Assembly: GCA_025359005.1 (NCBI GenBank)
Contig: JANYHP010000425.1
Location: 1-36,664, forward strand
Reading direction: 5' to 3'
DNA length: 36,664 nucleotides
Source of the DNA: Hyphomicrobiaceae bacterium
GTDB taxonomy: Bacteria; Pseudomonadota; Alphaproteobacteria; Rhizobiales; Hyphomicrobiaceae
Shown here: piece by piece, positions 25,441 to 35,543 of the stretch
Layout of the letters: each line of letters starts with the position of its first letter
Position numbering within the stretch: position 1 is the first letter of the stretch
Notes under the pieces: generated by a model
What the model saw: the letters and a program-made list of their open reading frames with translations, nothing else
The model's database searches: none
Told to the model about the DNA's origin: nothing
Position numbers and translations under genes: made by a program

Positions 25441-26670
25441 ATGGCTTTGGATCTGACGCGTCGCGGTTGGCTTGAAGGGGCTGCTGTGCTGGCCTTCGCC
25501 GGCAAGCCGGACGGCGCCCAAGCGCAATCGGCAGCGCAGCCCTTCCCCCAATGGGCCGAGACGTTCCGCCCCCGCGCCCGCGCCCGTGGCGTCTCGGATG
25601 CCACCTATAACCTGGTCATGGCCGCCATGAAGCCCGACACCTCGGTCTACGCGCGCGACAAGGCGCAGCCCGAGTTCCACGAGCAGGTCTGGCAATATAT
25701 AAACCGCCGCGTTTCAGACTGGCGCATTACAACAGGCCGCGAACGCGCCAAAGAACACGCCCCCCTATTGGCCAGGATCGAACGCACCTACGGCGTCGAT
25801 CGCTACACCATGCTTGGGCTGTGGGGCATGGAGTCGGCGTTCGGCGATGTCGTCACCAACCCCAAGCACATGCGACCCATCCTGCCGGCGCTCGCGGCCC
25901 TCGCCTGGGGCGAACCGCGCCGTCGCCCCTACTGGGAGCAGGAATTGCTCAACGCACTGGTCATCGTCGAGCGCGGCTGGGCCAAGCCCGCGGAGATGAT
26001 CGGTTCGTGGGCCGGCGCCATGGGGCATACGCAGTGGATGCCGGAAGTGTGGCTCAGCATGGGCGTCGATTTCGACGGCGATGGGCGGGTCTCACCCTTC
26101 GGCCCGCCCGATGATGCGCTGGCCGGCACCGCGCAATACATCGCCAAGCGCGGTCACTACCGGCGCGGCGAGGGCTGGGGGTACGAAGTCGTCCTGCCTG
26201 CCGGCATGAATGCGAATTCCGCCGAGATGGCGCCCGTCACCGCTTGGGGCGAGCGCGGCGTGCGGCGTGCAGGGGGCCAATTGTTTCCGCGGCCGCAGGA
26301 GCGCGCGCGGCTCTGGCAACCGGTCGCTGGTGGCCCCGTGTTTCTGCTGACCAAGAATTTTGATGCCGTCCGCTCCTACAATCCCGCCAACACCTACGCC
26401 CTTGCCATCGTCCATCTGGGCGACCGAATCCGCGGCGATGGCCCGTTCGCACAATCCTTCCCTGGCGGCGAACGCATTCTGACATTGCCGGAAGTGCAGG
26501 AAATCCAGCAGCGCCTCACCGCGCGCGGCTTTGACACTGACGGCACCGACGGCCGCGTCGGCAACGACACGATGCGCGCCGTGCGCGCCTTCCAGACCAA
26601 GTCAGGCCTCGCCCCAGCCGACGGCTACCCAGGCCTCAAGGTACTCGCCAAATTGCGCGAGGCCAGCTGA
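25441..26670 (+). CDS. Lytic murein transglycosylase (MltB / SLT_2) with a C-terminal peptidoglycan-binding domain and a Tat signal
   Basis: TRRGWL twin-arginine motif, catalytic WGMESAFG, GSWAGAMGHTQWMP, EF-hand-like DFDGDG, NF..V.SYN and PG_binding_1 (DG.VG..T..AVRAFQ...GL..ADG). Confidence 0.93.
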   Translation: MALDLTRRGWLEGAAVLAFAGKPDGAQAQSAAQPFPQWAETFRPRARARGVSDATYNLVMAAMKPDTSVYARDKAQPEFHEQVWQYINRRVSDWRITTGRERAKEHAPLLARIERTYGVDRYTMLGLWGMESAFGDVVTNPKHMRPILPALAALAWGEPRRRPYWEQELLNALVIVERGWAKPAEMIGSWAGAMGHTQWMPEVWLSMGVDFDGDGRVSPFGPPDDALAGTAQYIAKRGHYRRGEGWGYEVVLPAGMNANSAEMAPVTAWGERGVRRAGGQLFPRPQERARLWQPVAGGPVFLLTKNFDAVRSYNPANTYALAIVHLGDRIRGDGPFAQSFPGGERILTLPEVQEIQQRLTARGFDTDGTDGRVGNDTMRAVRAFQTKSGLAPADGYPGLKVLAKLREAS

Positions 26671-26698
26671 CGCGCCCCTCTGTTCTCTTGAACCCCAT

Positions 26699-26752
26699 GG
26701 GTCCAGGGGCTCGCCTCTGGTTAGAAAGCTCGAGAGGCGAACAGGCTCTCGA
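26699..26752. repeat. Twin-hairpin GGGTCCAGGG-type intergenic repeat, copy 2
   Basis: GGGT-CCAGGGGC-TC-GCCTCTGG-T, then TCGAGAG-GCGAACAGG-CTCTCGA. Same layout as 6656-6707. Confidence 0.45.
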
Positions 26753-26872
26753 CTTGCACCCGGCACGGGTGAAGTCTTTGCTTCCCCCAGGGGGATCGTC
26801 GCAGCCGCCGCGGCCTGCTAAGACCGTCGTCAACAGACCGCCATCAGGCGGCGCACCCAGGGGGAAACCACC

Positions 26873-27922
26873 ATGTCCATCACACGCCGGCACGCCATCG
26901 GTGGTATCACGACGCTTGCCGCAGCGACCACGCTGCCACGCCTCGCCGCCGCGCAGACAATGATGACGGCGACGCACACGTTCGGACCGGCCACGGCCAT
27001 CTACGCACTCGGCTGGATCGGCGTAGCAAAGGGCTTCTTCAAACCTGAACATCTCGACTTGAAATTCGCCGCCTTCAACGCCGGCACGCAAGGACGGCAG
27101 GCCGTTGCCTCCGGCCAGGCGCAGTTCGGTCATGGCGACAGCAACCATCCGCTGCAACTGTCCACGCGCGGCAAGAAGTGCAAGATCCTGTTTGCGACAC
27201 AGGCCATCGCGTCGATCTCCAATATCGTCGTGCGCCGCGATCTCTACGACGCCGGCATCACCACCATCGAGAAATTGGCCGACTACAAGCGCCCGGACGG
27301 CGCCAAGCCCATCATCGCCGCGACCGCCATCGGCTCTGGCACATGGATGTACGGCACCTATCTGTTCGAAGCAAAAAAGCTCGGCGACCGCATCCACTGG
27401 GTCGCCGGTGGCGGCGCCAACACCATGTACCCGAGCCTGCAGACCAAGCAGTTCGACGCCATCGTGGCGGTGCCGACCTGGGTCATCGAGGCGGAAACGC
27501 AAGGCTTCGGCAAAGCCATCTACGACACCTCCAAGCCCGGCGTCTTCGAGGCCACGTTCGGCGGCACGGTGCCGGTGCTCGTCGTCTACGCGCTTGAGGA
27601 AACCATCGAGACCGACCGGCCGCTGGTGCAAGCCTTCGTCAACGGCATGGTGGCGGCAATGAAGTGGGTCAAGGCCACGCCGATCGACGAGGTCTATGCG
27701 CTGGTCGCCGAAAAGTACTTCGCCGGCGTCGATCCCGTCGCGGTAAAGGCCGAACTCGGCTTCGACAAGAATACCTGGGCCTACGATGGCCGCATCGACA
27801 AGCCCATGTGGGAGCGCGGCGGTCGCGTCTGGTACCGCAAGGGCACCGACATCCCCGAAACCAAATACGAAGACATCGTCGACATGAGCTTTCTCGAAGC
27901 GGCGCTGGCCAAGTTCAAGTGA
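26873..27922 (+). CDS. ABC transporter substrate-binding protein, NitT/TauT (SsuA/THI5-like), Tat-type signal
   Basis: TRRH signal, AKGFFKPEHLD, AVASGQAQF, AIGSGT and VQAFVNGMVAAMKWV. Confidence 0.88.
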   Translation: MSITRRHAIGGITTLAAATTLPRLAAAQTMMTATHTFGPATAIYALGWIGVAKGFFKPEHLDLKFAAFNAGTQGRQAVASGQAQFGHGDSNHPLQLSTRGKKCKILFATQAIASISNIVVRRDLYDAGITTIEKLADYKRPDGAKPIIAATAIGSGTWMYGTYLFEAKKLGDRIHWVAGGGANTMYPSLQTKQFDAIVAVPTWVIEAETQGFGKAIYDTSKPGVFEATFGGTVPVLVVYALEETIETDRPLVQAFVNGMVAAMKWVKATPIDEVYALVAEKYFAGVDPVAVKAELGFDKNTWAYDGRIDKPMWERGGRVWYRKGTDIPETKYEDIVDMSFLEAALAKFK

Positions 27923-27929
27923 GGCGCGC

Positions 27930-28763
27930 GTGTCCGAAGTCTTGCCCATGACGGCCATGACGGCGACGGCGGCACCAGCCGACCGCATCACCGTACGCAA
28001 TCTCGACAAGCGGTTCCGCGGCGCCTCCGGCGATGTTGTCGCCGTAGACAACGTTTCGTTCACGGTGCGCCAGGGCGAGTTTGTGGCGCTGCTCGGCCCG
28101 TCGGGCTGCGGCAAGAGCACGATCCTGAACATGGTCGCTGGCTTGCTCGAACGCTCGGGCGGCGGGGTGGCGATCGACGCCGATCCTGTTGTGCACGGCG
28201 CCATCAACCGCAAGGTGGGCTACGTGTTCCAGCGCGACACGGTCTTTCCCTGGCGCACGGTGGAAGCCAACATCGGCTATGGCCTCGAGATCGCCGGCGA
28301 CAGCAAGACAGCGCGCGCGGCCAAGGTGCAGCGCGCGATCGAGACGGCAGGGCTCTCAGGCTTCGGCCGCAGCTTTCCGCGCACGTTGTCGGGCGGCATG
28401 CGGCAGCGCGTAGCCTTGATGCGCACGTTGATCCTGGAACCCGAAATCCTGCTGATGGACGAACCCTTCGGCGCCCTCGACACCCACACCAAGCTCGAAA
28501 TGCACAAGACGCTGCTCGAAATCTGGGAGCGGGAGCGCCAGACCGTACTGTTCGTCACCCACGATCTCGGCGAAGCCCTGACCTTGGCCAGTCGCATCAT
28601 CCTGCTGTCGGCCCGGCCCGGCCGCCTCAAGGAAGATTTCGAAGTGCCCTTCGCCCGGCCGCGCGATCCCGTTGCCTTGCGCGAGAGCGCCGAGTTCGGG
28701 CGCCTCTATTCCCACATCTGGCATTCGCTCGGCGAGGAATTCCGCCGCACCAAGGCGGACTGA
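27930..28763 (+). CDS. ABC transporter ATP-binding protein, NitT/TauT family
   Basis: Walker A GPSGCGKS, signature LSGGMRQR, Walker B LLMDEPFGALD and H-loop VTHD. GTG start with a GAGG RBS. Confidence 0.95.
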   Translation: MSEVLPMTAMTATAAPADRITVRNLDKRFRGASGDVVAVDNVSFTVRQGEFVALLGPSGCGKSTILNMVAGLLERSGGGVAIDADPVVHGAINRKVGYVFQRDTVFPWRTVEANIGYGLEIAGDSKTARAAKVQRAIETAGLSGFGRSFPRTLSGGMRQRVALMRTLILEPEILLMDEPFGALDTHTKLEMHKTLLEIWERERQTVLFVTHDLGEALTLASRIILLSARPGRLKEDFEVPFARPRDPVALRESAEFGRLYSHIWHSLGEEFRRTKAD

Positions 28764-28765
28764 TC

Positions 28766-29614
28766 ATGACGGCACGCAAGATGTCGATCTGGGCCTGGCG
28801 GCTGGTGGTGCTGGCGGTGTTGCTCGGTACCTGGGAATGGGGCTTCGACCTCGCCAAGCTGGTACTGCCGAAGGCGTGGGTGCCGAAGTTCCTCGACCCC
28901 TATTTCGTCTCCAAGCCAACGGCGATTTGGGCGAGCTTCCTCAGGCTCGGCTGCTTCACTGACCCGCTCGGTTTCAGCGCCTGCCTCGCGGCCAACGACA
29001 ACAACCTGTGGGTCGCCATGCTGGTGACCTTGAAGAATATGTGGTGGGGCTTCCTGTGGGGCACCGGGCTCGGCATGCTGACGGGGCTGGTGCTTGGCCG
29101 TTCCGACTACCTCTCGGAGATCTTTGCGCCCTTCATTGTCGCGCTGAATTCCATCCCGCGCATCGCGCTGGTGCCGCTGATCATCCTCATGTTCGGCCTC
29201 GGTGATCTGTCAAAGATCGTGACGGCGGGGATTGTTGTCTACTTCGTCGTCTTCTTCAACACCTACGAAGGCACGCGCGCCGTCGACCGCGACCAGATCG
29301 CAGCCGCACGTCTGCTCGGTGCCAGCGAGTTCACAGTGCTGCGGACTGTCGTCGTCCCCTCGGCGCTGGCGTGGGTGTTTGCGTCGCTAACGCCGGCGGT
29401 ATCGTTCGCGCTCATCGGCGTCATCGTCGGCGAGTTCATCGGCGCCGAGCGGGGGCTCGGCAAGCTGATCATCGAAGCTGAAGCGCGCGCCAACGCGTCG
29501 GAAATGATGGTGGCGATCTTCGTCATGATGATCGTCGGCATCCTGCTGGCCATCGTGGTGCGCCGCATCCAGGGTTACCTGCTGCGCTGGCAACCGCAGT
29601 TCGACAAGAGCTAA
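28766..29614 (+). CDS. ABC transporter permease, NitT/TauT family
   Basis: NSIPRIALVPL, EAA-like loop AAARLLGAS and VGEFIGAERGLG. Confidence 0.93.
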   Translation: MTARKMSIWAWRLVVLAVLLGTWEWGFDLAKLVLPKAWVPKFLDPYFVSKPTAIWASFLRLGCFTDPLGFSACLAANDNNLWVAMLVTLKNMWWGFLWGTGLGMLTGLVLGRSDYLSEIFAPFIVALNSIPRIALVPLIILMFGLGDLSKIVTAGIVVYFVVFFNTYEGTRAVDRDQIAAARLLGASEFTVLRTVVVPSALAWVFASLTPAVSFALIGVIVGEFIGAERGLGKLIIEAEARANASEMMVAIFVMMIVGILLAIVVRRIQGYLLRWQPQFDKS

Positions 29615-29748
29615 CGCCGCCGCGGACATGCCCGCGGGACTGTGGCCGGCCCACGATTCCGTGCTAGTGTCGGGCGAAGCAGGCGCGGGGCCATTCGTTA
29701 GGCAACGCCGCCGCAGTGTGTGCACGCCAAGGACGGATAGCCGCAGCA

Positions 29749-30579
29749 ATGACCGACGCGCCGAAAAACAGAGTTACCAAATCGGCGACATCGCCGCCCC
29801 GTACTTCGGCCACGGCGCGTGCGCCGCAGAACGCGGCCTTCGAGCAGGAAGTCGACGAGGAACTGCAGCGCGACAGGTTGCACGAGCTGTGGGAGCAGTA
29901 TTCGGGCTATGTGCTAGCCGGTGCAATCGCCATCGTACTCGGCGTCGGCGGCTATAAATTAATGGAATCCAAGCGCTTGGCTCAGATGGAAGCCGAAGGT
30001 GCGCGCTATACCGTCGCGGTTAAGCAGTTGACCGACACCCCCGCCGACCCAACCCATCCCGCCCTCGACAGCATCGCCAAAGGCACCGGCGGCTTCGCAA
30101 TGCTGGCTCAAATGCGCTTGGCCGGCGCCGAGGCTGTGGCCGGCAAGGCCGCCGAAGCGGCCGCCCGATACGATGCCGCCAGCCAGATGCGCGGCGCCGA
30201 CGTGATGCTCGCCGATTTTGCCCGCCTGCAATCCGCCATGTTGCAGTTGGATACGGCACCATGGGCGGACCTGAAGGCCAAGCTGGCTCCTCTTGCTGTC
30301 GACGCCAACCCCTGGCGGCACGGCGCGCGCGAAGTGTTGGGCATGGCGGCGCTGAAGGCTGGCAACAGATCTGAAGCGCGGATGCAGTTCGAGAAGTTGA
30401 TAAGCGACACCGCGGTCCCGGCGGGGATAGCTGAAAGGGCACGAATCGTGATGGGGTCACTCGCAGCCGCTGAACTGGCTGAAAAGGGCCCGCTGGCTCC
30501 GGCGCCGGTAGTAGCAACGACGCCTGCACCCGCGGTCGCGGTGCCTGCAAATGGCGCACCGGCCGAAAAAAAGAAATGA
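29749..30579 (+). CDS. YfgM-like TPR protein (TPR_21/DUF2659-like)
   Basis: EVDEELQRDRL..LWEQY followed by a single TM segment, helical repeats and PWRHGAREVLG. It lies directly upstream of the beta-propeller lipoprotein, as in the yfgM-bamB arrangement. Confidence 0.85.
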   Translation: MTDAPKNRVTKSATSPPRTSATARAPQNAAFEQEVDEELQRDRLHELWEQYSGYVLAGAIAIVLGVGGYKLMESKRLAQMEAEGARYTVAVKQLTDTPADPTHPALDSIAKGTGGFAMLAQMRLAGAEAVAGKAAEAAARYDAASQMRGADVMLADFARLQSAMLQLDTAPWADLKAKLAPLAVDANPWRHGAREVLGMAALKAGNRSEARMQFEKLISDTAVPAGIAERARIVMGSLAAAELAEKGPLAPAPVVATTPAPAVAVPANGAPAEKKK

Positions 30580-30663
30580 CTGCAGTGAACCCTGCAGCTG
30601 TGATTACGCAACGAGACCTGCGGCGTGCCCCCCGCGCCGGCAACGAAGGCATCTGGATCGATC

Positions 30664-32067
30664 ATGCGGAGCGAGCACAGACGTTTAGGGGATGAAAAGC
30701 ACGGCCCGGCGCGTGGCAAGCGCCACAGCGTTGCGCGAGCGGCGCGGCAATCGCTGGCTGGCGTATTGATGCTGATGCCGGCGCTGCTGACGGGCTGCTC
30801 AGACAGCCTGCCGAGCTTGCCCAAGTTGACCGAACTCAACCCCTTTGCCGAAAAGCCCACCGTCCTGCCGGGCAAGCGCGTCGCCGTGATCAGCGATGCC
30901 AGCGCCGTCGGCGCCGATCTCGCCCCCGCCGACAGCCCCATCCAGGTCGGCGCCCTCGCCGGCAACGAGCAATGGACGCAACCAGGCGGCACCCCGAACA
31001 ATTCTCCAGGTCACCTGGCCCTGGCCCCGACCATCAAGGTCGCGTGGACGGCGGACGCCGGCAACGGCTCCAGCAAATATGGCAAGATCAGCGCCAGCCC
31101 CATCGTCGTCGGTGGCAAAGTCTTCACGCTCGACGCCACCGGCGCCGTCACTGCCTTTTCCGTCAGTGGTGGCGGGCAGGTCTGGCGTGTTTCGCTGAAG
31201 CCCGAAGGCGAGAAGTCCGCTGAAAAGGGCTACGGCGGCGGCTTGGCGTCGGATGGCGGCAAGATCTTCGCGGCAACCGGCTTCGGCACCATCGTGGCGC
31301 TCGACCCGGGCACCGGCAAACAGCTCTGGGAGCGCAACATCGGCATTCCCGTCCGCACCTCGCCGACGGCGTCGTCCGGGCGCGTGCTGGCCGTCACCAT
31401 CGACGGCGAAGTGGTGTGCCTGTCGGCCGACGACGGCAGTGAAAGCTGGCGTTATCGCGGCCTCGAGGAAAAGGCCAGCATCATCTCCAACGCCAGCCCC
31501 GCCATCGAAGGCAGCTTGGCCATCGTGCCCTTCACTTCCGGCGAAGTCGTAGGCCTCAACCTTGCGACTGGCACGCCCGTCTGGACCGAGAGCCTGGCCA
31601 AGACCCGATTGGCCTCGTCGCTCGCCTCCATGACCGACGCGGCACGCCCGGTGATCGACAACGGCACCGTGTTCGCCGTCGGCCATGCCGGCCGCATGAT
31701 TGCCTCGTCGCTGCGCGGTGAGCGCATCTGGCAGATTTCCGTCCCCGGCACGCAGCAACCCGTCGTATCCGGCGACAGCGTCTTCGTCGTCGACACCAAC
31801 GGTTTGCTGATGGCGCTGACCCGCCGTGACGGCAAGGTCCGCTGGTCGGGCAAATTGGCTGGCAACAGCATCTGGTCCGGTCCCGTTCTCGCCGGTGATA
31901 AGTTGTGGCTGACCTCAGCAGCAGGGCAGCTGGTCTCTGTCGAGCCTTCCACCGGCAAGATCGCCACCACCCTCGATCTGGGCCAGCCGGTCTACATCGC
32001 GCCCATCGTCGCCGGCAATCGCATGTTCGTGTTGACCGACAAAGCCAAGCTGATCGCCCTGAATTGA
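30664..32067 (+). CDS. bamB: PQQ-like beta-propeller lipoprotein, BamB-like
   Basis: Lipobox LLTGC (Cys codon 30796-30798), LPGKRVAV, WTQPGG and repeated ALD..TG...W blades. The start codon is uncertain (30625 or 30664). Confidence 0.8.
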   Translation: MRSEHRRLGDEKHGPARGKRHSVARAARQSLAGVLMLMPALLTGCSDSLPSLPKLTELNPFAEKPTVLPGKRVAVISDASAVGADLAPADSPIQVGALAGNEQWTQPGGTPNNSPGHLALAPTIKVAWTADAGNGSSKYGKISASPIVVGGKVFTLDATGAVTAFSVSGGGQVWRVSLKPEGEKSAEKGYGGGLASDGGKIFAATGFGTIVALDPGTGKQLWERNIGIPVRTSPTASSGRVLAVTIDGEVVCLSADDGSESWRYRGLEEKASIISNASPAIEGSLAIVPFTSGEVVGLNLATGTPVWTESLAKTRLASSLASMTDAARPVIDNGTVFAVGHAGRMIASSLRGERIWQISVPGTQQPVVSGDSVFVVDTNGLLMALTRRDGKVRWSGKLAGNSIWSGPVLAGDKLWLTSAAGQLVSVEPSTGKIATTLDLGQPVYIAPIVAGNRMFVLTDKAKLIALN

Positions 32068-32619
32068 CGGCAACCGTCGGCCCTGGATTGCTGCACACGA
32101 ACGAGGCGGGGGGCGGCTCTGTTACGGACGATGCAAGCCCTTCGAGCCGCGCGCCAGCGGCCACGGCGGATATCCGTCTCCAGCGGTACTATTCCTCAGT
32201 CGCACCAAAATGCAGCCGCGCGGCCCAAAACGCTTCCGCTGAAGCCAAAGACCGTCCAAACTTGGATCGCATTGCGTATGGCGCCGCCGTGGGCCACCTG
32301 CATACCAACGGGGATCGTTTAAGGCGTGTGATTGCGGCATTGCATGAGGCAGTACGCGTCACGCCCGACCGCTGGAGAGGATACAAGACACCCGGCGGAA
32401 CCACTTTCCAACGCGTTCTCAGTGCCGGCCCGACAGATACCGGCGGAAGTGCTAAGCACGAGACCAATTAAAATGAGTAAAGGTAGAGTGACACGTTGCC
32501 CCGTGCGACGGGCCGCGTTGTCAGTGGCGATGAATTCACGACAACTTGGCGAACCGACCTACAGAACCTGATACTCTCACTGATGTCAGCGCTCTGGAGA
32601 AATTACCCCCGGATCGTCG

Positions 32620-33609
32620 TCATCCGCGGGTCGCTTCCGCTATATCGGGCGGAACCACTATTCCATCCCGCGCTGCGCGTGCCCGATTGGCGAGCCGGCG
32701 TGTACCTGGCAGGCGCGCGCCCGGCTGGTTTTCTATTTCTCTGATCAGCGCCGCCATCCGGCCAGTGAATGTCGCGTGCCCAAACGCCGCTGGATCGATG
32801 GCGACTATCAATTGTCCTGTTTCCGGCGGAGGACCCTGGCCATCCAAAAATGACGATGCTTCGAACGCCAGGTTCGCGCCGGGGACTGAAGCCGCCAGAA
32901 CCTCTACCATAAACGCCAGTGCGGTGCCTTTCGCGTCACCGAGCGGGATCATCGTACCCTGCAGTGCCTTTGCAGCATCGGTTGTCGGATGTCCGTTGAC
33001 ATCAAGCGCCCAACCTTCGGGTATGGCCTCCCCACGCTGCTTTGCGGTGACAATAGGTCCGCGAGCCACTTTGGAGAGTGCTAAGTCGACGACCGCCGGA
33101 TCTCGTCCTTCTAAGGGTGCGGCGAATGCAATTGGATTAGTCCCGAACACAGCCTTTGACCCACCCCAAGGGGCCATCGCGCTCGGCGTGTTGGCGAAAA
33201 GCAATGCGACAAGGCCTTTTCTGGCCAGTGCTTCGCAAGGCAGCCCCGCCGAACCACAATGGTTAGAGCGTCGGATTGACGCCGTCGCTATCCCTTGTCG
33301 CAACGCGAGCGCTGGCAAGTCTGACACGGCAAGGTCGATCGCTGGATAGGCGAAACCACATTCAGCGTCGATCGCGAGCACGCCAGGGCGTGGTCGCGTT
33401 GCCGAAGGCACTGCCTGGCCATTGATCTTGCCGCTTTTTACCATCTGTATGTAAGTCGGGATCCGGGACAGACCATGGCCTTTGAGGCCATCAGCCTCGG
33501 CGGCCACCAATGCCAACGCAACTGAATGTGCGTTCGAAGCACTGCAGCCGTACCGCACGAATATGGCAGTGACCCACGCAACTGCGTCTACGAGTGAAAG
33601 GGTGCTCAT
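32620..33609 (-). CDS. Ldh_2 family oxidoreductase (ComC sulfolactate dehydrogenase / AllD / DpkA-like)
   Basis: AEADG..GHGLSR, RRSNHCG, NTPSAMAPWGG, GTNPIAFAAP, IPEGWALD..G.PTTD, KGTALAFMVEVL and RLPG. GAGG RBS. Confidence 0.92.
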   Translation of the reverse strand: MSTLSLVDAVAWVTAIFVRYGCSASNAHSVALALVAAEADGLKGHGLSRIPTYIQMVKSGKINGQAVPSATRPRPGVLAIDAECGFAYPAIDLAVSDLPALALRQGIATASIRRSNHCGSAGLPCEALARKGLVALLFANTPSAMAPWGGSKAVFGTNPIAFAAPLEGRDPAVVDLALSKVARGPIVTAKQRGEAIPEGWALDVNGHPTTDAAKALQGTMIPLGDAKGTALAFMVEVLAASVPGANLAFEASSFLDGQGPPPETGQLIVAIDPAAFGHATFTGRMAALIREIENQPGARLPGTRRLANRARAARDGIVVPPDIAEATRG

Positions 33610-33863
33610 GCCGCAAGCGCCTCGTTAAAGTGGAAAAGAAGCCCCGGGTCGAAAACGGCCGCCCGCCAACCGTAATATTGCTTTGAGGGGCACGCACGGT
33701 CCAGGCCGGTCAACGCGCGAACCATGTCCGGCAATATCTTGCCCCGACCCCAACAGCCTCACGCCCTCCGCCGTGTACCGCGTACCGCGCAGATGCCTGC
33801 CAGCCATCACGCTCCGTGATCGAGCCAACTCGCCCCCAGCCCCAAACCACCAGAAGCGCGCGC

Positions 33864-34850
33864 CTACTCCGCAAACAGCACCGTCACGTCTTCGTCGGCG
33901 GTGTGGTTCGTGGCGCTCACCGAACGCCCGCCTGTCACCGCGCCGGTGAGCCCCGCCCGGCAGGTAAAGGCTTTTTCCTTCTCCGCCGTCTCGATCGTCA
34001 TCTGGTAGGTGGCCGCGCTGCCGCGCGCGTTGGCGCCAGCGTAGGCGACAAAATTCACCCATTTGATCGTCGGCGGCGCGCCCGCTGTTGCCCGCGCCGT
34101 CAACGCCTGCGCCTCCGCCTCGGGCACGCAGTAGCGTTGTTGCAGTGTGGGCGCCGTCTCAGCGGTCCAGGCCGCAACGCCGGCAATGGGCTGGTAGCTG
34201 GCAGACAGCGTCCGCACCTGGCCGGGCCCGAACTCCTGCTGCCAGTACATAGTAGACTTCAACACCCAGCGCGGCTCGTATTGCCCCTCCACCTGGCGGA
34301 TCGCGCTGCGGGCCATCAGGCCCAAACGCGTCTCCTCGGCCAGTTCTGCAATCAGGCCCGGCAGTTCCGGCGCCAACGGATAAAGTGGCAGCTTGGCGGC
34401 ACTCAGTTGCGCCGTCACATCGACCAGTCCCAGCGCCAGCGCCCGCGACTCGACGAAGAACTCGACCGGCACACCGTCGACCTGGGCCGCCAGCGCGATG
34501 TAGTTTGCGGTATTCTGCGGATCGTAGGCAGTGTTGTCGACGTCCGCACCGTCAATCTGCAACATGTCGATGTCCGGCAACGCCATGCCAACGAGCGTGG
34601 TACGCGCGCGTTGCTCCGTGTTGCGGACGCTATACGTCGCCTGCACCCGCGCGGAGCCGATGACGATGGCCTCCCGCTCAGTGACCAACCCGCCACCACC
34701 CGCATAGGACAGCCCGCCGGCCGGCAACTCGGCAGTCGGCTCCGCGGCGCGCACCGCGATCACAGCCATCGCCGATAGGCCCAGCGCCAGACACAAGCCT
34801 CGCGCTCGCGTGAGCCTAACCCCGACCGCCGCCCGCGTCACCCGTCGCAT
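33864..34850 (-). CDS. DUF4424-like secreted protein
   Basis: GGAG RBS before ATG 34850 and a signal peptide. AELPAGGL...E.I.I....V...Y..RN...LPDI and YWQQEF.PGQ.....SYQP..G resemble DUF4424. Confidence 0.75.
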   Translation of the reverse strand: MRRVTRAAVGVRLTRARGLCLALGLSAMAVIAVRAAEPTAELPAGGLSYAGGGGLVTEREAIVIGSARVQATYSVRNTEQRARTTLVGMALPDIDMLQIDGADVDNTAYDPQNTANYIALAAQVDGVPVEFFVESRALALGLVDVTAQLSAAKLPLYPLAPELPGLIAELAEETRLGLMARSAIRQVEGQYEPRWVLKSTMYWQQEFGPGQVRTLSASYQPIAGVAAWTAETAPTLQQRYCVPEAEAQALTARATAGAPPTIKWVNFVAYAGANARGSAATYQMTIETAEKEKAFTCRAGLTGAVTGGRSVSATNHTADEDVTVLFAE

Positions 34851-34964
34851 CACGCCCACTCCATCGTACCGACAGGCTCATGCGGCCGTCCTGGGCATTA
34901 TAGCATCCGGCGTTCGCGCGTCACGTGGCGCCATCGCCTGACATCCGGGCGCGATGAGCCGGCG

Positions 34965-35543
34965 TCAGGCGGCGGCCTTCACCAGGCGCTTCTGCAGGTC
35001 GAAGACCGCCATCATGTAGCCGACGCGATCGTCCACGGCTTCCGCCAGGATCGAGAAGTAGTTCGGCGTTTCGGGAAGAATCTCGCCGATGACTTCGCCA
35101 TATTCGAACTTCAGATCGGCTTCGTGCTTGCGCGCGATGGCCTGCATCTTGGCATTCTCGGCAAGGCAACTCATGTAGAGGCGATGGATACCGCGGTTGC
35201 GCGCCGACCGGATGACCCGGCCCATCAGCTCCGTGCCCAGCCCATGATCCTGGAACGCATGCTCCACTGAGAAAGCGGCTTCTGCTTCATTGCCCCAGCG
35301 GTCACCCAGCTTGCGCAACTCGGCCGCCGCGCGCACTTCCGTATCCTCGGCGTAGGCGTACACGATACTGCCCATGTCGTTCATGCGCAGCGCATAGTCC
35401 TCGATGAAGGTATCGGAGACTGAATGGGCGAAACGCATCCGCCGGCTATCCTTGTCCAGCCGGAGCAGGTGGTCCCGGAATGCAGAGGTCTCGCTGGGCA
35501 GCAGTTTTCGGATCGTCCCGGCGAGCGGTGGGTGGTTGCTCAT
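34965..35543 (-). CDS. GNAT family N-acetyltransferase
   Basis: AGAGGAG RBS. SRRMRF, AEAAFSVE..FQDHGLGTELM and LAENAKM resemble the GNAT domain of Pat-type acetyltransferases. Confidence 0.88.
   Translation of the reverse strand: MSNHPPLAGTIRKLLPSETSAFRDHLLRLDKDSRRMRFAHSVSDTFIEDYALRMNDMGSIVYAYAEDTEVRAAAELRKLGDRWGNEAEAAFSVEHAFQDHGLGTELMGRVIRSARNRGIHRLYMSCLAENAKMQAIARKHEADLKFEYGEVIGEILPETPNYFSILAEAVDDRVGYMMAVFDLQKRLVKAAA

Noticed and set aside
32068..32619. Short ORFs in the bamB-Ldh_2 gap
   Set aside because: No RBS, no motifs and mutually overlapping frames. None can be supported as a gene or an identifiable pseudogene.
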